64,000 nt of DNA from an uncultured delta proteobacterium (GCA_963753975.1 CAVWEH010000004.1:1-64000); one strand, 5' to 3'; shown: positions 18,043-29,184, counted from the first letter of the stretch. Notes: generated by a model not told the origin, from the letters alone. Numbers and translations are program-made.

Positions 18043-19737
18043 TTATTTTCTTTCCAGTGCTTTTCGGCACTCACTAATAAGTGATTTTTTAGAGACGCCG
18101 AGATCAATGATATCCCACGGTAGGAATTCATCAAATGATTTTTGCCGATAGACATAGAAGTCTGAGTTGATATTTACTTCCTTAAGGGCTTTTGACCAAT
18201 TTCCTTCTAAGTTATGTACCGCCAGCAATATTTCGCCAACCCGGCGATCACCCAGCGAAAGCAGCGCTTGAACGTAGTTCCATTTCGGGACATCATGAAT
18301 AACCTTTATCTGTCTGTCATTTCTGAAAGCATTAACAATCTTTTTAATTTTCTTGCCTGTCTCATTAACATCGGCGAGAGCGCACCACTGCAAAGGTGTC
18401 TGCGGCTTGGGGATAAACTGATTGATGCTTAAGGTTATGCGCCGAAACTTTCTTTTACCCTGGGAATATTGCAGAGCATGATGTTGAATTTTCTTCGTCA
18501 GTTCAGTGATGGCATTAATATCCTGTTCTTCTTCGTTCGGCAGCCCCACCATAAAATAAAGACGCAAATTAAAAATTTCTTTTTCCATCAGTATTTCCGT
18601 CGCCCGAATTATATCATCTTCAGTTATTTCTTTGCGTAAAACATCCCGCATTTTCTGGCTCCCTGCTTCCGGCGCAAGAGCGACCGTTTCAATACCGCCG
18701 GCTTTGATAAGGTCAACTATTTTTTCATTTATTTGATCGATACGCAGCGAACCAATCCCCGCTTGCGCATTTTGCGCAACTATATATTCACAAATCCGGA
18801 TAAGATCGGGATGCTCGGATACTGCTGTGCCGACCAGACCGATTTTCTTTTTTTTCCTTAATCCTCGATTAATTGAGGCGACAATCTCATCGCTCTCGCG
18901 AAAGCGCGCCGGCCGATAAACAAAGCTTGCCGCGCAGAAACGACAACTGTGAAAGCAACCCCTGCTTACCTCTACCAGAAACATATCTTCCATTTCCGTT
19001 TGCGGTGCGCTGATGGCTTCTTCGGTTCTAAAAGTATTTATATTTTTTATGGAATTTATTTTGATTTTTTCAGGTAGTCCAGCTTGACGCGGTACAAGCG
19101 CTTCAATTTTGCTATCGGCAGAATATTTTACTTCATAAAGGCTCGGAATATAAACACCTTCTACTTTTTTTTGTAAATCTAACAATAATCTCCGGCGGTC
19201 ATAACCGAGACGGCGCGCCTCTTCAAAATAGGACATAAACTGCAGCAGTATTTCTTCGGCCTCACCCAAAATGAACAAGTCAAAAAAATCGGCCAGCGGC
19301 TCGGGATTAAGCGTCAACGCGATGCCGCCGCCGATCACTAAAGGGAAATCTTCCGTACGTTCTTTTGATAAAAGAGGAATACCGGTTAGTGCCAGCATCC
19401 TTAAAACATGGGGGTAATCATTTTCGAAGGAAATAGAAAAAGCTAAAATATCGAATTCGGCAATCGACTTTTGACTTTCCAGACTAACCATTTCTGCCGC
19501 CCCGGATACGTATTCGGCCTCGTCTTCCGGCAACGGCAGAAATGCTCTCTCGCAAAGAAAGGAGGGCTGCTCATTGAATATTTTATAAACTGTTTGGAAG
19601 CCCAAATTCGCCATGCCTGTACGGTAATAATTGGGATAGGCCAGGCAAACTGTATTGTAAGTACCCCAAACTTTTTTTACATAACCTGTCTCCCCTTCCA
19701 AAATCTTTTCATATTTTTTTTTTAGTTTCCAATCCAT
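18043..19737 (-). CDS. B12-binding-like radical SAM protein (YgiQ/TIGR03960-like)
   Basis: CLAYPNYY..GMANLG, EVSRGCFHSCRFC, APEAGS, LYFMVGLP, FIPKPQTP. Confidence 0.85.
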   Translation of the reverse strand: MDWKLKKKYEKILEGETGYVKKVWGTYNTVCLAYPNYYRTGMANLGFQTVYKIFNEQPSFLCERAFLPLPEDEAEYVSGAAEMVSLESQKSIAEFDILAFSISFENDYPHVLRMLALTGIPLLSKERTEDFPLVIGGGIALTLNPEPLADFFDLFILGEAEEILLQFMSYFEEARRLGYDRRRLLLDLQKKVEGVYIPSLYEVKYSADSKIEALVPRQAGLPEKIKINSIKNINTFRTEEAISAPQTEMEDMFLVEVSRGCFHSCRFCAASFVYRPARFRESDEIVASINRGLRKKKKIGLVGTAVSEHPDLIRICEYIVAQNAQAGIGSLRIDQINEKIVDLIKAGGIETVALAPEAGSQKMRDVLRKEITEDDIIRATEILMEKEIFNLRLYFMVGLPNEEEQDINAITELTKKIQHHALQYSQGKRKFRRITLSINQFIPKPQTPLQWCALADVNETGKKIKKIVNAFRNDRQIKVIHDVPKWNYVQALLSLGDRRVGEILLAVHNLEGNWSKALKEVNINSDFYVYRQKSFDEFLPWDIIDLGVSKKSLISECRKALERK

Positions 19738-19799
19738 GCTCTTATCATGGCCTATTTTCTGTCTTCACTTTGCCGATTTACGACCGCCGCTTTGCGGGG

Positions 19800-19888
19800 C
19801 CAATTCCGACGTGTGACCTCTTGTGACCTTCAGGTTATTAGGTTATATGCTTCGCCCGGCATCCGCCCGGCTAAGCTTTCGGAATTGG
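19800..19888. repeat. Intergenic inverted-repeat structure downstream of ftsZ
   Basis: CCAATTCCGA...TCGGAATTGG enclosing (GTGACCT)x2/(AGGTTAT)x2. Confidence 0.5.
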
Positions 19889-19902
19889 AGTTTCACAAAC
19901 GA

Positions 19903-21066
19903 TCAGTCAGCCTGACGTCGTAAAAAAGTAGGAATCTCCAAATCTAAATTCTCCGTATCATCATCGTTAATACCCATAGTCACAACATTGGCATTGCTGC
20001 GTGTCTTTTCCCGACGCATGAAAGCTGGTGTCGCCAAATCTTCCCGCCGGAAACCGGCTAGATGCGTAACATTCTCCGGAGATTGTTTTTTCTTTACCAC
20101 ATTATCATCAAACCCCGTAGCAATAACAGTTATGCGTATTTCGTCTTTCATATTTTCATCAATGACCGTGCCGAAGATGATGTTGGCATCTTCATGGGCT
20201 TCCGCCTGAATCAATGAGGAAGCTTCGTTAACCTCATAAAGGCTCATATCCGGCCCCCCGGTGATATTGAGCAGAATTCCATGCGCGCCCTGGATAGTGT
20301 TATCCTCCAGAAGCGGTGAAGAAATCGCTTTTTGCGCCGCTTCAATAGCCCTGTTTTCACCACCCGCAACACCTGTGCCCATTACGGCCATACCCATATC
20401 GCTCATGATATTCTTTACATCCGCAAAATCAAGATTGATCAGGCCCGGAACTAAAATCAAATCGGAAATTCCCTTGACCGCCTGATAAAGAATATCGTCC
20501 GCTTTTTTGAATGCTTCCAAAAGCGACAAACTGCGGCCGCCCAAGCTCAGAAGCCGCTGGTTAGGAACAACAATGAGGGTATCCACGGCATCCCGCAATT
20601 GCGCTATGCCTTCTTCAGCCTGGATGTTGCGCTTCTTGCCTTCAAACTGAAAGGGCTTGGTAACCACAGCTACAGTCAAGACACTGCACTCACGGGCAAT
20701 TTCCGCAATGATCGGCGCCGCGCCCGTTCCCGTTCCTCCGCCCAGACCGGCAGTGATAAAAATCATATCCGAGCCTTCGAGATACGGTCTTATTTCATCG
20801 CGGGATTCCAGTGCCGATTGTCTGCCGATTTCCGGATTGGAACCCGCTCCCAAACCTTTTGTTATCTCCATACCCAGTTGTATTTTGATTGGTGAACTCG
20901 ACGCGCCCAACGCCTGAGCATCCGTATTGGCGCTAATGAAATCAACTCCGCGCAGGCAGTATGAAATCATCGTATTGACGGCATTGCCGCCGCCGCCGCC
21001 TACACCAACCACCTTGATTTTCGCCGAATTTTCATTACATACTTGAGTCAATTCAAACATAGCCAT
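19903..21066 (-). CDS. ftsZ: Cell division protein FtsZ
   Basis: GVGGGGGNAV, GGGTGTG, INLDFADV, C-terminal EIPTFLRRQAD. Confidence 0.99.
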   Translation of the reverse strand: MAMFELTQVCNENSAKIKVVGVGGGGGNAVNTMISYCLRGVDFISANTDAQALGASSSPIKIQLGMEITKGLGAGSNPEIGRQSALESRDEIRPYLEGSDMIFITAGLGGGTGTGAAPIIAEIARECSVLTVAVVTKPFQFEGKKRNIQAEEGIAQLRDAVDTLIVVPNQRLLSLGGRSLSLLEAFKKADDILYQAVKGISDLILVPGLINLDFADVKNIMSDMGMAVMGTGVAGGENRAIEAAQKAISSPLLEDNTIQGAHGILLNITGGPDMSLYEVNEASSLIQAEAHEDANIIFGTVIDENMKDEIRITVIATGFDDNVVKKKQSPENVTHLAGFRREDLATPAFMRREKTRSNANVVTMGINDDDTENLDLEIPTFLRRQAD

Positions 21067-21075
21067 CCCTTCCTT

Positions 21076-22302
21076 TCAAAAAAAATCCGCAATCCATTTT
21101 TTTATTCTTCTGGTTATATTGCCGAATAAACTACTCTTCTTCCCGTATATGGAATCGTCCGCCAACTGCTTACTGCCATAAACAATTAGACCAACACCTA
21201 CAACATGCGCGGGCGAATTCACTACATCCGCTAATCCCCCGACACCGGTTGGGTTTCCTCTGCGCGCCGGCATATCAAAGACCTGCTCGGCAAGTTCATT
21301 TATGCCGTACAAAAGCGAAGTGCCTCCGGTTAAAACTACTCCCGCCGCCAGCATATCTTCAAAGCCGGAACGGACAATTTCCTTGGAAACAAAATTTAAT
21401 ATTTCTTCCATTCTGGGCTCGACAATCCGCCCCAGTATTTGACGCGATACCTCCCGGTCTTCCCTGCCGCCGACGCTGGGCACCCTGATTGTTTCCTCCT
21501 TGGGAATCATGGAAGTCAAAGCGCATCCATATTTAAGTTTTATTATTTCCGCCTCACTTAAAGGAGTGCGTAAACCCGTAGCAATATCCGAAGTGAGATA
21601 GTTCCCGCCAACAGGCAGTATGGCCGTATGTTTAATACTTCCTTCGGCGAAAATTGCGATCGCGGTGTTGGCACCGCCGATATCGATTAAAGCAACGCCT
21701 AAATCTTTTTCGTCCGGACTCAGGACAGCTTCACTGGCCGCCAATTGCTCCATAACGATAGCGTCAATGTCCAAACCGACACGGCTGACGGATTTTACTA
21801 TGTTCTGAATGGAAGAGGATGATCCGGTTACAATATGTACCTTAGCCTCCAACCGGACGCCCGACATACCGATTGGATCTTTAATGCCGTCCTGGCCGTC
21901 AACCACATAATTTTGTGGCAGAACGTGCATTATTTCCCTATCTATGGGAATGGCAATCGCGCGGGACGCTTCCACCGCTCTTTGCACGTCATCTTCATCC
22001 ACTTCCCGGCCTTTGATGGAAACTATGCCCAGCGAATTTTGTCCTTTAACGTGGCTGCCGGAAATCCCAACATAGGCTGAATTAATACGACAGCCGGACA
22101 TATGTTCTGCATCTTCCACCGCCGTTTTTATCGATTCCACCATGTTATCGATATTGACAACGACACCTTTTCTCATTTCTTTAGCCGGAGATGTCCCGAT
22201 GCCGATAATGTCAATGCCGGTTTCCGTAACCTCACCGACAATGGCCGTAGTCTTTGTCGTTCCAATATCGAGTCCAACCAGCACATCACTTTTTCTACCC
22301 AT
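21076..22302 (-). CDS. ftsA: Cell division protein FtsA
   Basis: VGLDIGTTK, GMSGVRLEAKVHIVT, GVVLTGG, amphipathic C-terminus KKWIADFF. Confidence 0.98.
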   Translation of the reverse strand: MGRKSDVLVGLDIGTTKTTAIVGEVTETGIDIIGIGTSPAKEMRKGVVVNIDNMVESIKTAVEDAEHMSGCRINSAYVGISGSHVKGQNSLGIVSIKGREVDEDDVQRAVEASRAIAIPIDREIMHVLPQNYVVDGQDGIKDPIGMSGVRLEAKVHIVTGSSSSIQNIVKSVSRVGLDIDAIVMEQLAASEAVLSPDEKDLGVALIDIGGANTAIAIFAEGSIKHTAILPVGGNYLTSDIATGLRTPLSEAEIIKLKYGCALTSMIPKEETIRVPSVGGREDREVSRQILGRIVEPRMEEILNFVSKEIVRSGFEDMLAAGVVLTGGTSLLYGINELAEQVFDMPARRGNPTGVGGLADVVNSPAHVVGVGLIVYGSKQLADDSIYGKKSSLFGNITRRIKKWIADFF

Positions 22303-22350
22303 CAGCACTTTCACCTCTTTTTTAATTTTACTGCCTCTAAACTTTTCTTT

Positions 22351-23196
22351 TTATATCCGATAACGCCTGCTTTTTCTGTCCTGATCAGTACGTACAAATG
22401 TTTTTTTACGCTGTACCGTAATTTTTGATTCATCGCACAAATCAATGCACAAAGAGCCTTTCTTCATCCCTCTTTTTTCCAAATCGACCATGACTAATTT
22501 TAATTGTTTCAGTTTACTCTCAAAACCGTCCTTGCCGAGCTTCAGGTAAAGTCCTGCTTCAGTGAGCACCGATAGTCCGTAAATCTCATCTGCGTGAATT
22601 TCCGAAATTGCCCCCAAATATGCGTACTGCCGGGAATTGGAAATAGTTTTCAGCAAATTAACTGCATCTGAAAACGGCTGGGATTTTGTTTTATCGTTTT
22701 CATCAAATCCGGTCAGTACGGGAAGGTCAATTTCATCATTTTTACTTATTTTTTTGAAAACGGAACCATCGCTGTCCACCAGGTAAAATTCACCGCTTTG
22801 CTTCAGTAAAGCCAGTGGAATTCTTTCCCGTACTTCCAGAACAAGCCTGGTGGGCAGTTCTCTGCCGACATAAATATTTTTTACCCAGGGGTTCGTGATA
22901 ACCCTGCGCTTAACAGCTCCGGTGTTGACAGCCAAAATGTTTTGCGCGGGCTTTACCTGAGCTAAAGTCAGAATATCTTTTTCCGTCAGTTCCTTTAATC
23001 CGCGCACGGAAGTTTCTTTTATTTCAAAATAAGGGGCGCTCAAAAGGCAATTGTAAACATAAATAAAGGAAAAGCTCAACGCGACTATAGACAGCAGCAG
23101 ACAGGTCGATCGGAAAAAATCACCCAATACGCCGGAAAACCTCCGGCGCAAACGGTACTTTTTTGCCCCATAACTTGTTTTCAATCTCTTGGGCAT
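22351..23196 (-). CDS. ftsQ: Cell division protein FtsQ
   Basis: TM plus POTRA (NPWVKNIYVGRELP..L.V.ER.P); position before ftsA. Confidence 0.9.
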   Translation of the reverse strand: MPKRLKTSYGAKKYRLRRRFSGVLGDFFRSTCLLLSIVALSFSFIYVYNCLLSAPYFEIKETSVRGLKELTEKDILTLAQVKPAQNILAVNTGAVKRRVITNPWVKNIYVGRELPTRLVLEVRERIPLALLKQSGEFYLVDSDGSVFKKISKNDEIDLPVLTGFDENDKTKSQPFSDAVNLLKTISNSRQYAYLGAISEIHADEIYGLSVLTEAGLYLKLGKDGFESKLKQLKLVMVDLEKRGMKKGSLCIDLCDESKITVQRKKTFVRTDQDRKSRRYRI

Positions 23197-24119
23197 TAAT
23201 CTTCTCCGATAATTACAATTTCCGGCTCCAGAATTACGCCTTTTTCTTGTTTTACCTTGGATTGAATAAGCGCAATTAACTCTAAAACATCAGAAGCTTT
23301 AGCCTTACCTCTGTTGACTATAAAGTTGGCGTGTTTCAGTGATACTTGTGCGTCTCCACGATTCATGCCTTTCATCCCCAACTCTTCGATGAGATCCCCT
23401 GCTGTTTGTCCCGATATATTTTTAAAAACGGAACCGGCATTGGGATATTCCAGAGGATGCTTTTCATGACGCCACTGCATAATTTCATTTGTTCTCTTCT
23501 TAATTTGTTGAGCCTGCCCTTTTTCCAGCCTAAAGCGGGCAGCCAGGATGATCTCGTCCGGAGGCAGGCCCGACTTCCTATAGTCAAATGGTATTTCCTC
23601 CCGCCGCAGTGTTTTTTTCTTGCCATCAGTGTCGAGCAGAAATACTGTCTCGACAACATCTTTAATTTCTCTTCCATAAGCACCTGCGTTCATTCTTACT
23701 GCTCCGCCAATGCTTCCCGGAATACCGGCACAAAATTCCATTCCGGTCAGCTCTTCCGCGAGCGCCCGGCTGAGTACAGAAGCGAGCGCAGCTCCGGCCT
23801 GAGCCGAAATATAATGCTGCCTCTCCGGTGTACAGAGATAACTGACATTGTTGAGACCTTTCATTAGTAAAATCGCTCCATGATAACCGCCATCGCGAAC
23901 AATTATATTCGTCATGTTTCCTACGGGCAGAAAATCTAATTTCTTCTCTTTAAGTCTCTTTACAATCTGAATCAGTTGATCTTCATTTTCTATAAACACT
24001 AAAGCGTCGGCTTTCCCGCCCACTAAAAGTGACGCGTAACGAAACATGGGCTCATCATATAAGATTTTCCCCACGGCAATACCGTCAAGCGCATCCTGAA
24101 TTTTATTAATATCCGCCAT
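23196..24119 (-). CDS. murB: UDP-N-acetylmuramate dehydrogenase
   Basis: GIPGSIGGAVRMNAGAYG, NAGSVFKN, HANFIVN. Confidence 0.97.
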   Translation of the reverse strand: MADINKIQDALDGIAVGKILYDEPMFRYASLLVGGKADALVFIENEDQLIQIVKRLKEKKLDFLPVGNMTNIIVRDGGYHGAILLMKGLNNVSYLCTPERQHYISAQAGAALASVLSRALAEELTGMEFCAGIPGSIGGAVRMNAGAYGREIKDVVETVFLLDTDGKKKTLRREEIPFDYRKSGLPPDEIILAARFRLEKGQAQQIKKRTNEIMQWRHEKHPLEYPNAGSVFKNISGQTAGDLIEELGMKGMNRGDAQVSLKHANFIVNRGKAKASDVLELIALIQSKVKQEKGVILEPEIVIIGED

Positions 24120-25531
24120 TATTTTCTTGTTTCCTTTGCTGCTAATTCCTTTAAAAAAGTTTCCCCTACTTTATAAACACTACCGGCACCTAAGGTCATA
24201 ACTGTATCATTCGGTCTGGCGGTGTTTAAAAGAAATTCTATTGTTTCTTTTGCGTTCGCGATATATTCCACGTGTGGATGACCCGTTTGTTTGATCGCTG
24301 CCCATAACGCGGCGGAATTAATTCCGGCAATAGGTTCTTCGCTGGCTGGATATATATCGTTCAGAATCAGAACATCTGCGTCCTTAAACGCCGTAGTGAA
24401 TTCATCAAAAAGAGCTTTGGTCCTTGTAAAACGATGCGGCTGGAAAACCACAATCAGTCTACCCTGCCAAACCTGTCGGGCAGCGGTCAGTGTCTCTTTT
24501 ATTTCCGTCGGATGGTGTCCGTAATCATCCACAACAACTATATCCGCTACCTTTCCTTTTATTTCCAGACGTCTTTGCACACCGGAAAAGCTAAGCAATC
24601 CTTTTTTGATAGTTTTCAAATCTAAATCCAATTCCCGACATACTGCAATTGCCGCCAGAGAATTATATACATTGAACATCCCCGGCACGACCAAGCCGAT
24701 TTCTCCCTGGGGCTCTCCTTTATGACTAAGATTGTAAACAGTTTTATTTGCCGCAAATTTTATATCATTCGCACTATAATCCGCGGGTATCTTAATACCG
24801 TAAGTTACGGTCTTCCGTTTGACTAACGGAAGAATTTCCCTTACATGTTGATTATCGCTGCACATGACCGTACATCCGTAGAACGGGACAATATTGGCAA
24901 ATTTAAGAAACGCTTCCTTGATCTCGTTTATACCCGGATAATAATCGAGATGCTCCCGATCAATATTCGTGATGGCGGCGATTGTCGGGGATAATTTCAA
25001 AAATGAACCGTCACTTTCGTCTGCTTCCGCCACGATAACTTCTCCATCACCTAATCTGGCGTTGCTGCCTATGCTCGCTAACTTTCCTCCAATAACCATG
25101 GTCGGATCAAGGCCGCCCCGCGCCAGTATCGTCGCTACCATGGAAGTGGTTGTGGTCTTGCCGTGGCTGCCGGAAACGGCAACAGAAAATTTCATCTTCA
25201 GAAGCTCTGCCAACATTTCCGCTCGGGGAATAACCGGAATTTTTTTCCGGTGAGCTTCTAATACTTCCGGATTATCCGGCTTGACTGCCGTTGATGTTAC
25301 CACCACATCTGCATCGCCTATGTTTTCCGCAGCATGCCCTACAGAGACAGACGCACCGAGCTTTTGCAAGCGCATGGTTGTATCCGATTGCTGAGTGTCC
25401 GAGCCGCCGATTTTATATCCCAAATTAATAAGGACTTCCGCTATGCCACTCATCCCGATACCGCCAATCCCCACAAAATGAATACACTTAACTTTGCGCT
25501 GCATTAATCCGGTTTTTTTATCCGTTCCCAT
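24119..25531 (-). CDS. murC: UDP-N-acetylmuramate--L-alanine ligase
   Basis: HFVGIGGIGMSGIA, GSHGKTTT, EADESD, DDYGHHPTEI, FQPHR. Confidence 0.98.
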   Translation of the reverse strand: MGTDKKTGLMQRKVKCIHFVGIGGIGMSGIAEVLINLGYKIGGSDTQQSDTTMRLQKLGASVSVGHAAENIGDADVVVTSTAVKPDNPEVLEAHRKKIPVIPRAEMLAELLKMKFSVAVSGSHGKTTTTSMVATILARGGLDPTMVIGGKLASIGSNARLGDGEVIVAEADESDGSFLKLSPTIAAITNIDREHLDYYPGINEIKEAFLKFANIVPFYGCTVMCSDNQHVREILPLVKRKTVTYGIKIPADYSANDIKFAANKTVYNLSHKGEPQGEIGLVVPGMFNVYNSLAAIAVCRELDLDLKTIKKGLLSFSGVQRRLEIKGKVADIVVVDDYGHHPTEIKETLTAARQVWQGRLIVVFQPHRFTRTKALFDEFTTAFKDADVLILNDIYPASEEPIAGINSAALWAAIKQTGHPHVEYIANAKETIEFLLNTARPNDTVMTLGAGSVYKVGETFLKELAAKETRK

Positions 25532-25568
25532 CTACCTTTTGATTCCTTTTCCAGTTTTCATAACGAGC

Positions 25569-26654
25569 CTAATTTATGTTGACCATTAATTTGGTACAGG
25601 CATCAACTATATTGACCGCTGCATTTATATTGCCGAGTTTGGCTGAATTTTCTTCCAGTTTTTTTAATTTTTTTTCATTGCTTAACAAATTCTCCAATAC
25701 TCCAAACAATTTATCGCCGGTCAGTTCGCTCTCATTAATTGTAATTGCCGCTCCGGCAGCCGCCAGTACCTTCGCGTTTTTTGTTTGATGATCATCGGCC
25801 GCCCAGGGATAAGGAATTAATATAGCTGCCTTGCCCGCAGCGGTAATTTCTGCCAGCGAAGTAGCCCCGGCGCGGCATACGATTAAATCCGCTGCCGCAT
25901 AAGCTCCGGCCATATCCACAATAAAAGGCACAACTTTCGCTTTGATGCCGAATTTTTCATAAGCTTGCCTTACCTTGTCCATTTGTTTTGTTCCGGTCTG
26001 GTGTATCACGTGGATCTTATTCTTTATTCTTCGTAATTGCGGCAGCATATTGATCACAGCTTTATTAATTGTCACCGCTCCTTGCGATCCACCGAAAACA
26101 AGCAGCTGCCAAAAATCTTTCTTTCTTTTTTCCAAACATCTTCCAGCGACAAACGCCGCCCTTACCGGATTACCGCTAATAATCACTTTTCCCTTCGGAA
26201 ACCATGTTTGCGTTTGCGCATATGTTACAAAAATTACTTTTACAAATTTACCCAAAATCCTGTTAGTGATGCCGGGCAGAGCATTTTGTTCCGCGATTGC
26301 TGTGGGGATGCCCATAAAGTAGGCGCTGAGCACCGCCGGTCCTGAAGCATAACCACCCACACCAACGACAATATGCGGATTAAATTGCTTCAAAACGCGT
26401 CTTGATTGCCACATGCTCTGCGGAACCTGATAAGCACTTCTGAGCATTGCTTTTAGTCCCCGTCCTTTGATTCCTTCGATTTCAATTGTCCTGAGCTCAT
26501 AACCAAGTTGACCCAGCAGCTTGCTTTCAATACCTTTTTTTGTGCCGATAAAAATTATCCGCGCTTTATCGTCTCTTCTCAAAAATTCTTCGGCTATGGC
26601 GATGCCGGGGAACAGGTGACCTCCCGTTCCTCCTCCGGCGATTACAATTCGCAT
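25569..26654 (-). CDS. murG: Undecaprenyl-PP-MurNAc-pentapeptide GlcNAc transferase
   Basis: GGGTGGHLFP, GNPVR, GGSQGA, RAGAT, DHQTKNA. Confidence 0.98.
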   Translation of the reverse strand: MRIVIAGGGTGGHLFPGIAIAEEFLRRDDKARIIFIGTKKGIESKLLGQLGYELRTIEIEGIKGRGLKAMLRSAYQVPQSMWQSRRVLKQFNPHIVVGVGGYASGPAVLSAYFMGIPTAIAEQNALPGITNRILGKFVKVIFVTYAQTQTWFPKGKVIISGNPVRAAFVAGRCLEKRKKDFWQLLVFGGSQGAVTINKAVINMLPQLRRIKNKIHVIHQTGTKQMDKVRQAYEKFGIKAKVVPFIVDMAGAYAAADLIVCRAGATSLAEITAAGKAAILIPYPWAADDHQTKNAKVLAAAGAAITINESELTGDKLFGVLENLLSNEKKLKKLEENSAKLGNINAAVNIVDACTKLMVNIN

Positions 26655-26709
26655 TTCTCAACTCCGGACAAAATTAAATTTGTTCCCCCCCCCGCAAACA
26701 CACTCCCTT

Positions 26710-27834
26710 TCATCTGTCTTTTGTTCGGGCGGCCTGAGCAGAAATATTCAATAGAATGCCGACAGTTGTCATACTCATGATAAATGCAGTCCCGCCGTAA
26801 CTTAAAAAAGGCAAAACTAAACCTTTCAATGGTATAAGTCCCATTACACCGGCAATGTTGATGAATGCCTCCAAGGCAATTACCATAGTCAACCCGGCAG
26901 CCAGCAATGTCCCAAAAAGATCAGGCGCTTTCAGGGCTATCGTAAAGCCCCGTAAGGCAAAAAGTGCAAACAGGGCAATCACTATAGTTACTCCGATAAA
27001 ACCGCTTTCCTCCGCAATAGTAGAGAGAATAAAATCAGTGTGCGGTTCGGGCAAATAAAATAATTTTTGCATGCCGTCGCCTATTCCCACGCCAAAAGTA
27101 CCGCCCGACCCGAAAGACAAGAGCGATTGGATAATTTGAAAACCGGTATTACTCGCATCTTTCCAGGGATCTAAAAATGCCGTTAGACGCGCCACTCTGT
27201 ATCCTTTGTACAGAATCAATAATACCCCAATGGGAACAAAAGCCGCCAGCAAAACTAAGAGATGCTTTATTCGTGAGCCGGCGATAGACAACATTAAAAA
27301 TAAGATTGCCGCAATAATTACGGCCGTACCGAAATCAGGCTCCAGTAGGACCAGCAAAATAACCAGCGATATAATAATCAAAGGAAAGAGAATTCCTTTG
27401 CTGAAATTTTTTAATTGACTTGCTTTGCGGGCCAATAAATGCGCCAGAAAAACCACAATGGCAATTTTAACCATCTCCGTTACCTGAAAGGAAATGCCGC
27501 CCACATTCAACCAGCGCATCGCCCCTCCCCGTCTTATTCCCACACCTGGTATCAGGAGAATTACGAGTAATATTATTGATAACAACATCCCGGGATAGGC
27601 TACTTTTTTTAATTGCGCATAAGGAATTTTGGTCATCAATACCATCAAAATCAGACCTAAGGATACGAACAAGATTTGTTTTTTTAAAAAATATTGGCTG
27701 TCCTTAAATTTTTCTAACGCAATAATGGAGCTGGATGAATAAATCATCGCCGTGCCGACAGTCACCAAAATCAAAGTAACCAGAAGTAAAATAATGTCCG
27801 GTGTCTTATCCTCTTTCTTAACCGCAGCATCCAT
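26710..27834 (-). CDS. ftsW: Peptidoglycan polymerase FtsW
   Basis: EPDFGT, YLPEPHTDFI, LPFLSYGG. Confidence 0.97.
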   Translation of the reverse strand: MDAAVKKEDKTPDIILLLVTLILVTVGTAMIYSSSSIIALEKFKDSQYFLKKQILFVSLGLILMVLMTKIPYAQLKKVAYPGMLLSIILLVILLIPGVGIRRGGAMRWLNVGGISFQVTEMVKIAIVVFLAHLLARKASQLKNFSKGILFPLIIISLVILLVLLEPDFGTAVIIAAILFLMLSIAGSRIKHLLVLLAAFVPIGVLLILYKGYRVARLTAFLDPWKDASNTGFQIIQSLLSFGSGGTFGVGIGDGMQKLFYLPEPHTDFILSTIAEESGFIGVTIVIALFALFALRGFTIALKAPDLFGTLLAAGLTMVIALEAFINIAGVMGLIPLKGLVLPFLSYGGTAFIMSMTTVGILLNISAQAARTKDR

Positions 27835-29177
27835 TAAAGATCCCTCACCACTTTCTTAAAAAAATCGCCCCGTTCTTTATAATCGGTAAATTCATCAAAG
27901 CTCGCGCAACCGGGAGAAAGCAAAACAATATCGTCAGGCTCTGCATTTTGATATGCGGTTTCGATTGCTTCCCGTAATTTTATTTTTTTTATTACCGGAA
28001 CGCTTTCGCCAATTAACGAAGCAATACGATTTTGTGCCTCGCCGAATAAAATTACCTTTTTTGTTTTTGTCGCCAGCAACCGCTTTAAAGTTTCAAAATC
28101 TCCGTCTTTATCACGGCCGCCTAAAAGTAAAATGACCGGCTGAGCAAATGTATCCAGTGCCCTGATGACAGAGCCGACGTTAGTTCCCTTGGAATCATCG
28201 TAAAATTTAACCGAATTCTTCTCGCCTGCAAATTCAATGCGGTGCGGTAATCCGCGAAAATCAGCAACAGCGGCTATGATACTCTCGGGACTACACCCGC
28301 AGAAGCGGGCGGCAACTATCGCAGCCATCACATTTTCCGCATTATGCAAGCCGGGAAGTTTAATCATGCTTAGAGGATATTGCTCCTCGCCGTTACCCGG
28401 CTTTTTGAAAATGATAGAATTGTTCTTAACAAATATCCCCGACTTCAATTCCTTTGTCGAACTGAATTTAACAATCTTTGAACGAATGTTTTTTTCTATT
28501 CCTTCCTGTGCCGGATCTGACGCATTAAGAATGGCTATATCGGTTTTACCTTGTCGGACAAACACTCTGGTCTTAATGCAGCGGTACTCGGCAAAGGAGC
28601 CGTGATAATTCAAGTGATCGCTCGTCATATTCAAAAGCATCGCTATAAAAGGATGGAACTTATCCACCCACTGCAATTGGAAACTGCTTATTTCAGCGAC
28701 CACAAAATCGTCTTTCTGCGAGCCTTCCGCATATCCAATCAACGGAGCGCCGATGTTTCCTCCCACGAATACTTTTTTCCCCGAGGTTTTTAATATTTCT
28801 CCTAATAAGGTGGTAGTCGTTGTTTTACCGTTGGTGCCCGTTACCGCAATCAATGGAGTTTTCAAAAATCGATAGGCCAGTTCAACTTCACTGATAACGG
28901 GCATTTTTTTCTTCAGTGCCGCGACTAATAAATCGTTATACGGAGGAACGCCGGGAGAAGGAATAACCATGTCGGCGTCCACCAAAGTATCGGCATTATA
29001 CTTACCGATTTCTAACCATTTTTCTTTGGCAATACGCTCAAACTCAGCACTCCACTGGTCGAATGGTTTCTCGTCTGTTACCCTCACCTTTGCGCCTTGT
29101 CTGCCTAAAAATAAGGCTGTGGCAATTCCCGTTTTGCCCATCCCTATGACAACTATTCTTTTACCGGCAAAATGCAT
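27834..29177 (-). CDS. murD: UDP-MurNAc-L-Ala--D-Glu ligase
   Basis: TGTNGKTTT, EISSFQL, DDSKGTN, LLSPGCASFD. Confidence 0.98.
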   Translation of the reverse strand: MHFAGKRIVVIGMGKTGIATALFLGRQGAKVRVTDEKPFDQWSAEFERIAKEKWLEIGKYNADTLVDADMVIPSPGVPPYNDLLVAALKKKMPVISEVELAYRFLKTPLIAVTGTNGKTTTTTLLGEILKTSGKKVFVGGNIGAPLIGYAEGSQKDDFVVAEISSFQLQWVDKFHPFIAMLLNMTSDHLNYHGSFAEYRCIKTRVFVRQGKTDIAILNASDPAQEGIEKNIRSKIVKFSSTKELKSGIFVKNNSIIFKKPGNGEEQYPLSMIKLPGLHNAENVMAAIVAARFCGCSPESIIAAVADFRGLPHRIEFAGEKNSVKFYDDSKGTNVGSVIRALDTFAQPVILLLGGRDKDGDFETLKRLLATKTKKVILFGEAQNRIASLIGESVPVIKKIKLREAIETAYQNAEPDDIVLLSPGCASFDEFTDYKERGDFFKKVVRDL

Positions 29178-29184
29178 ACGTCCT

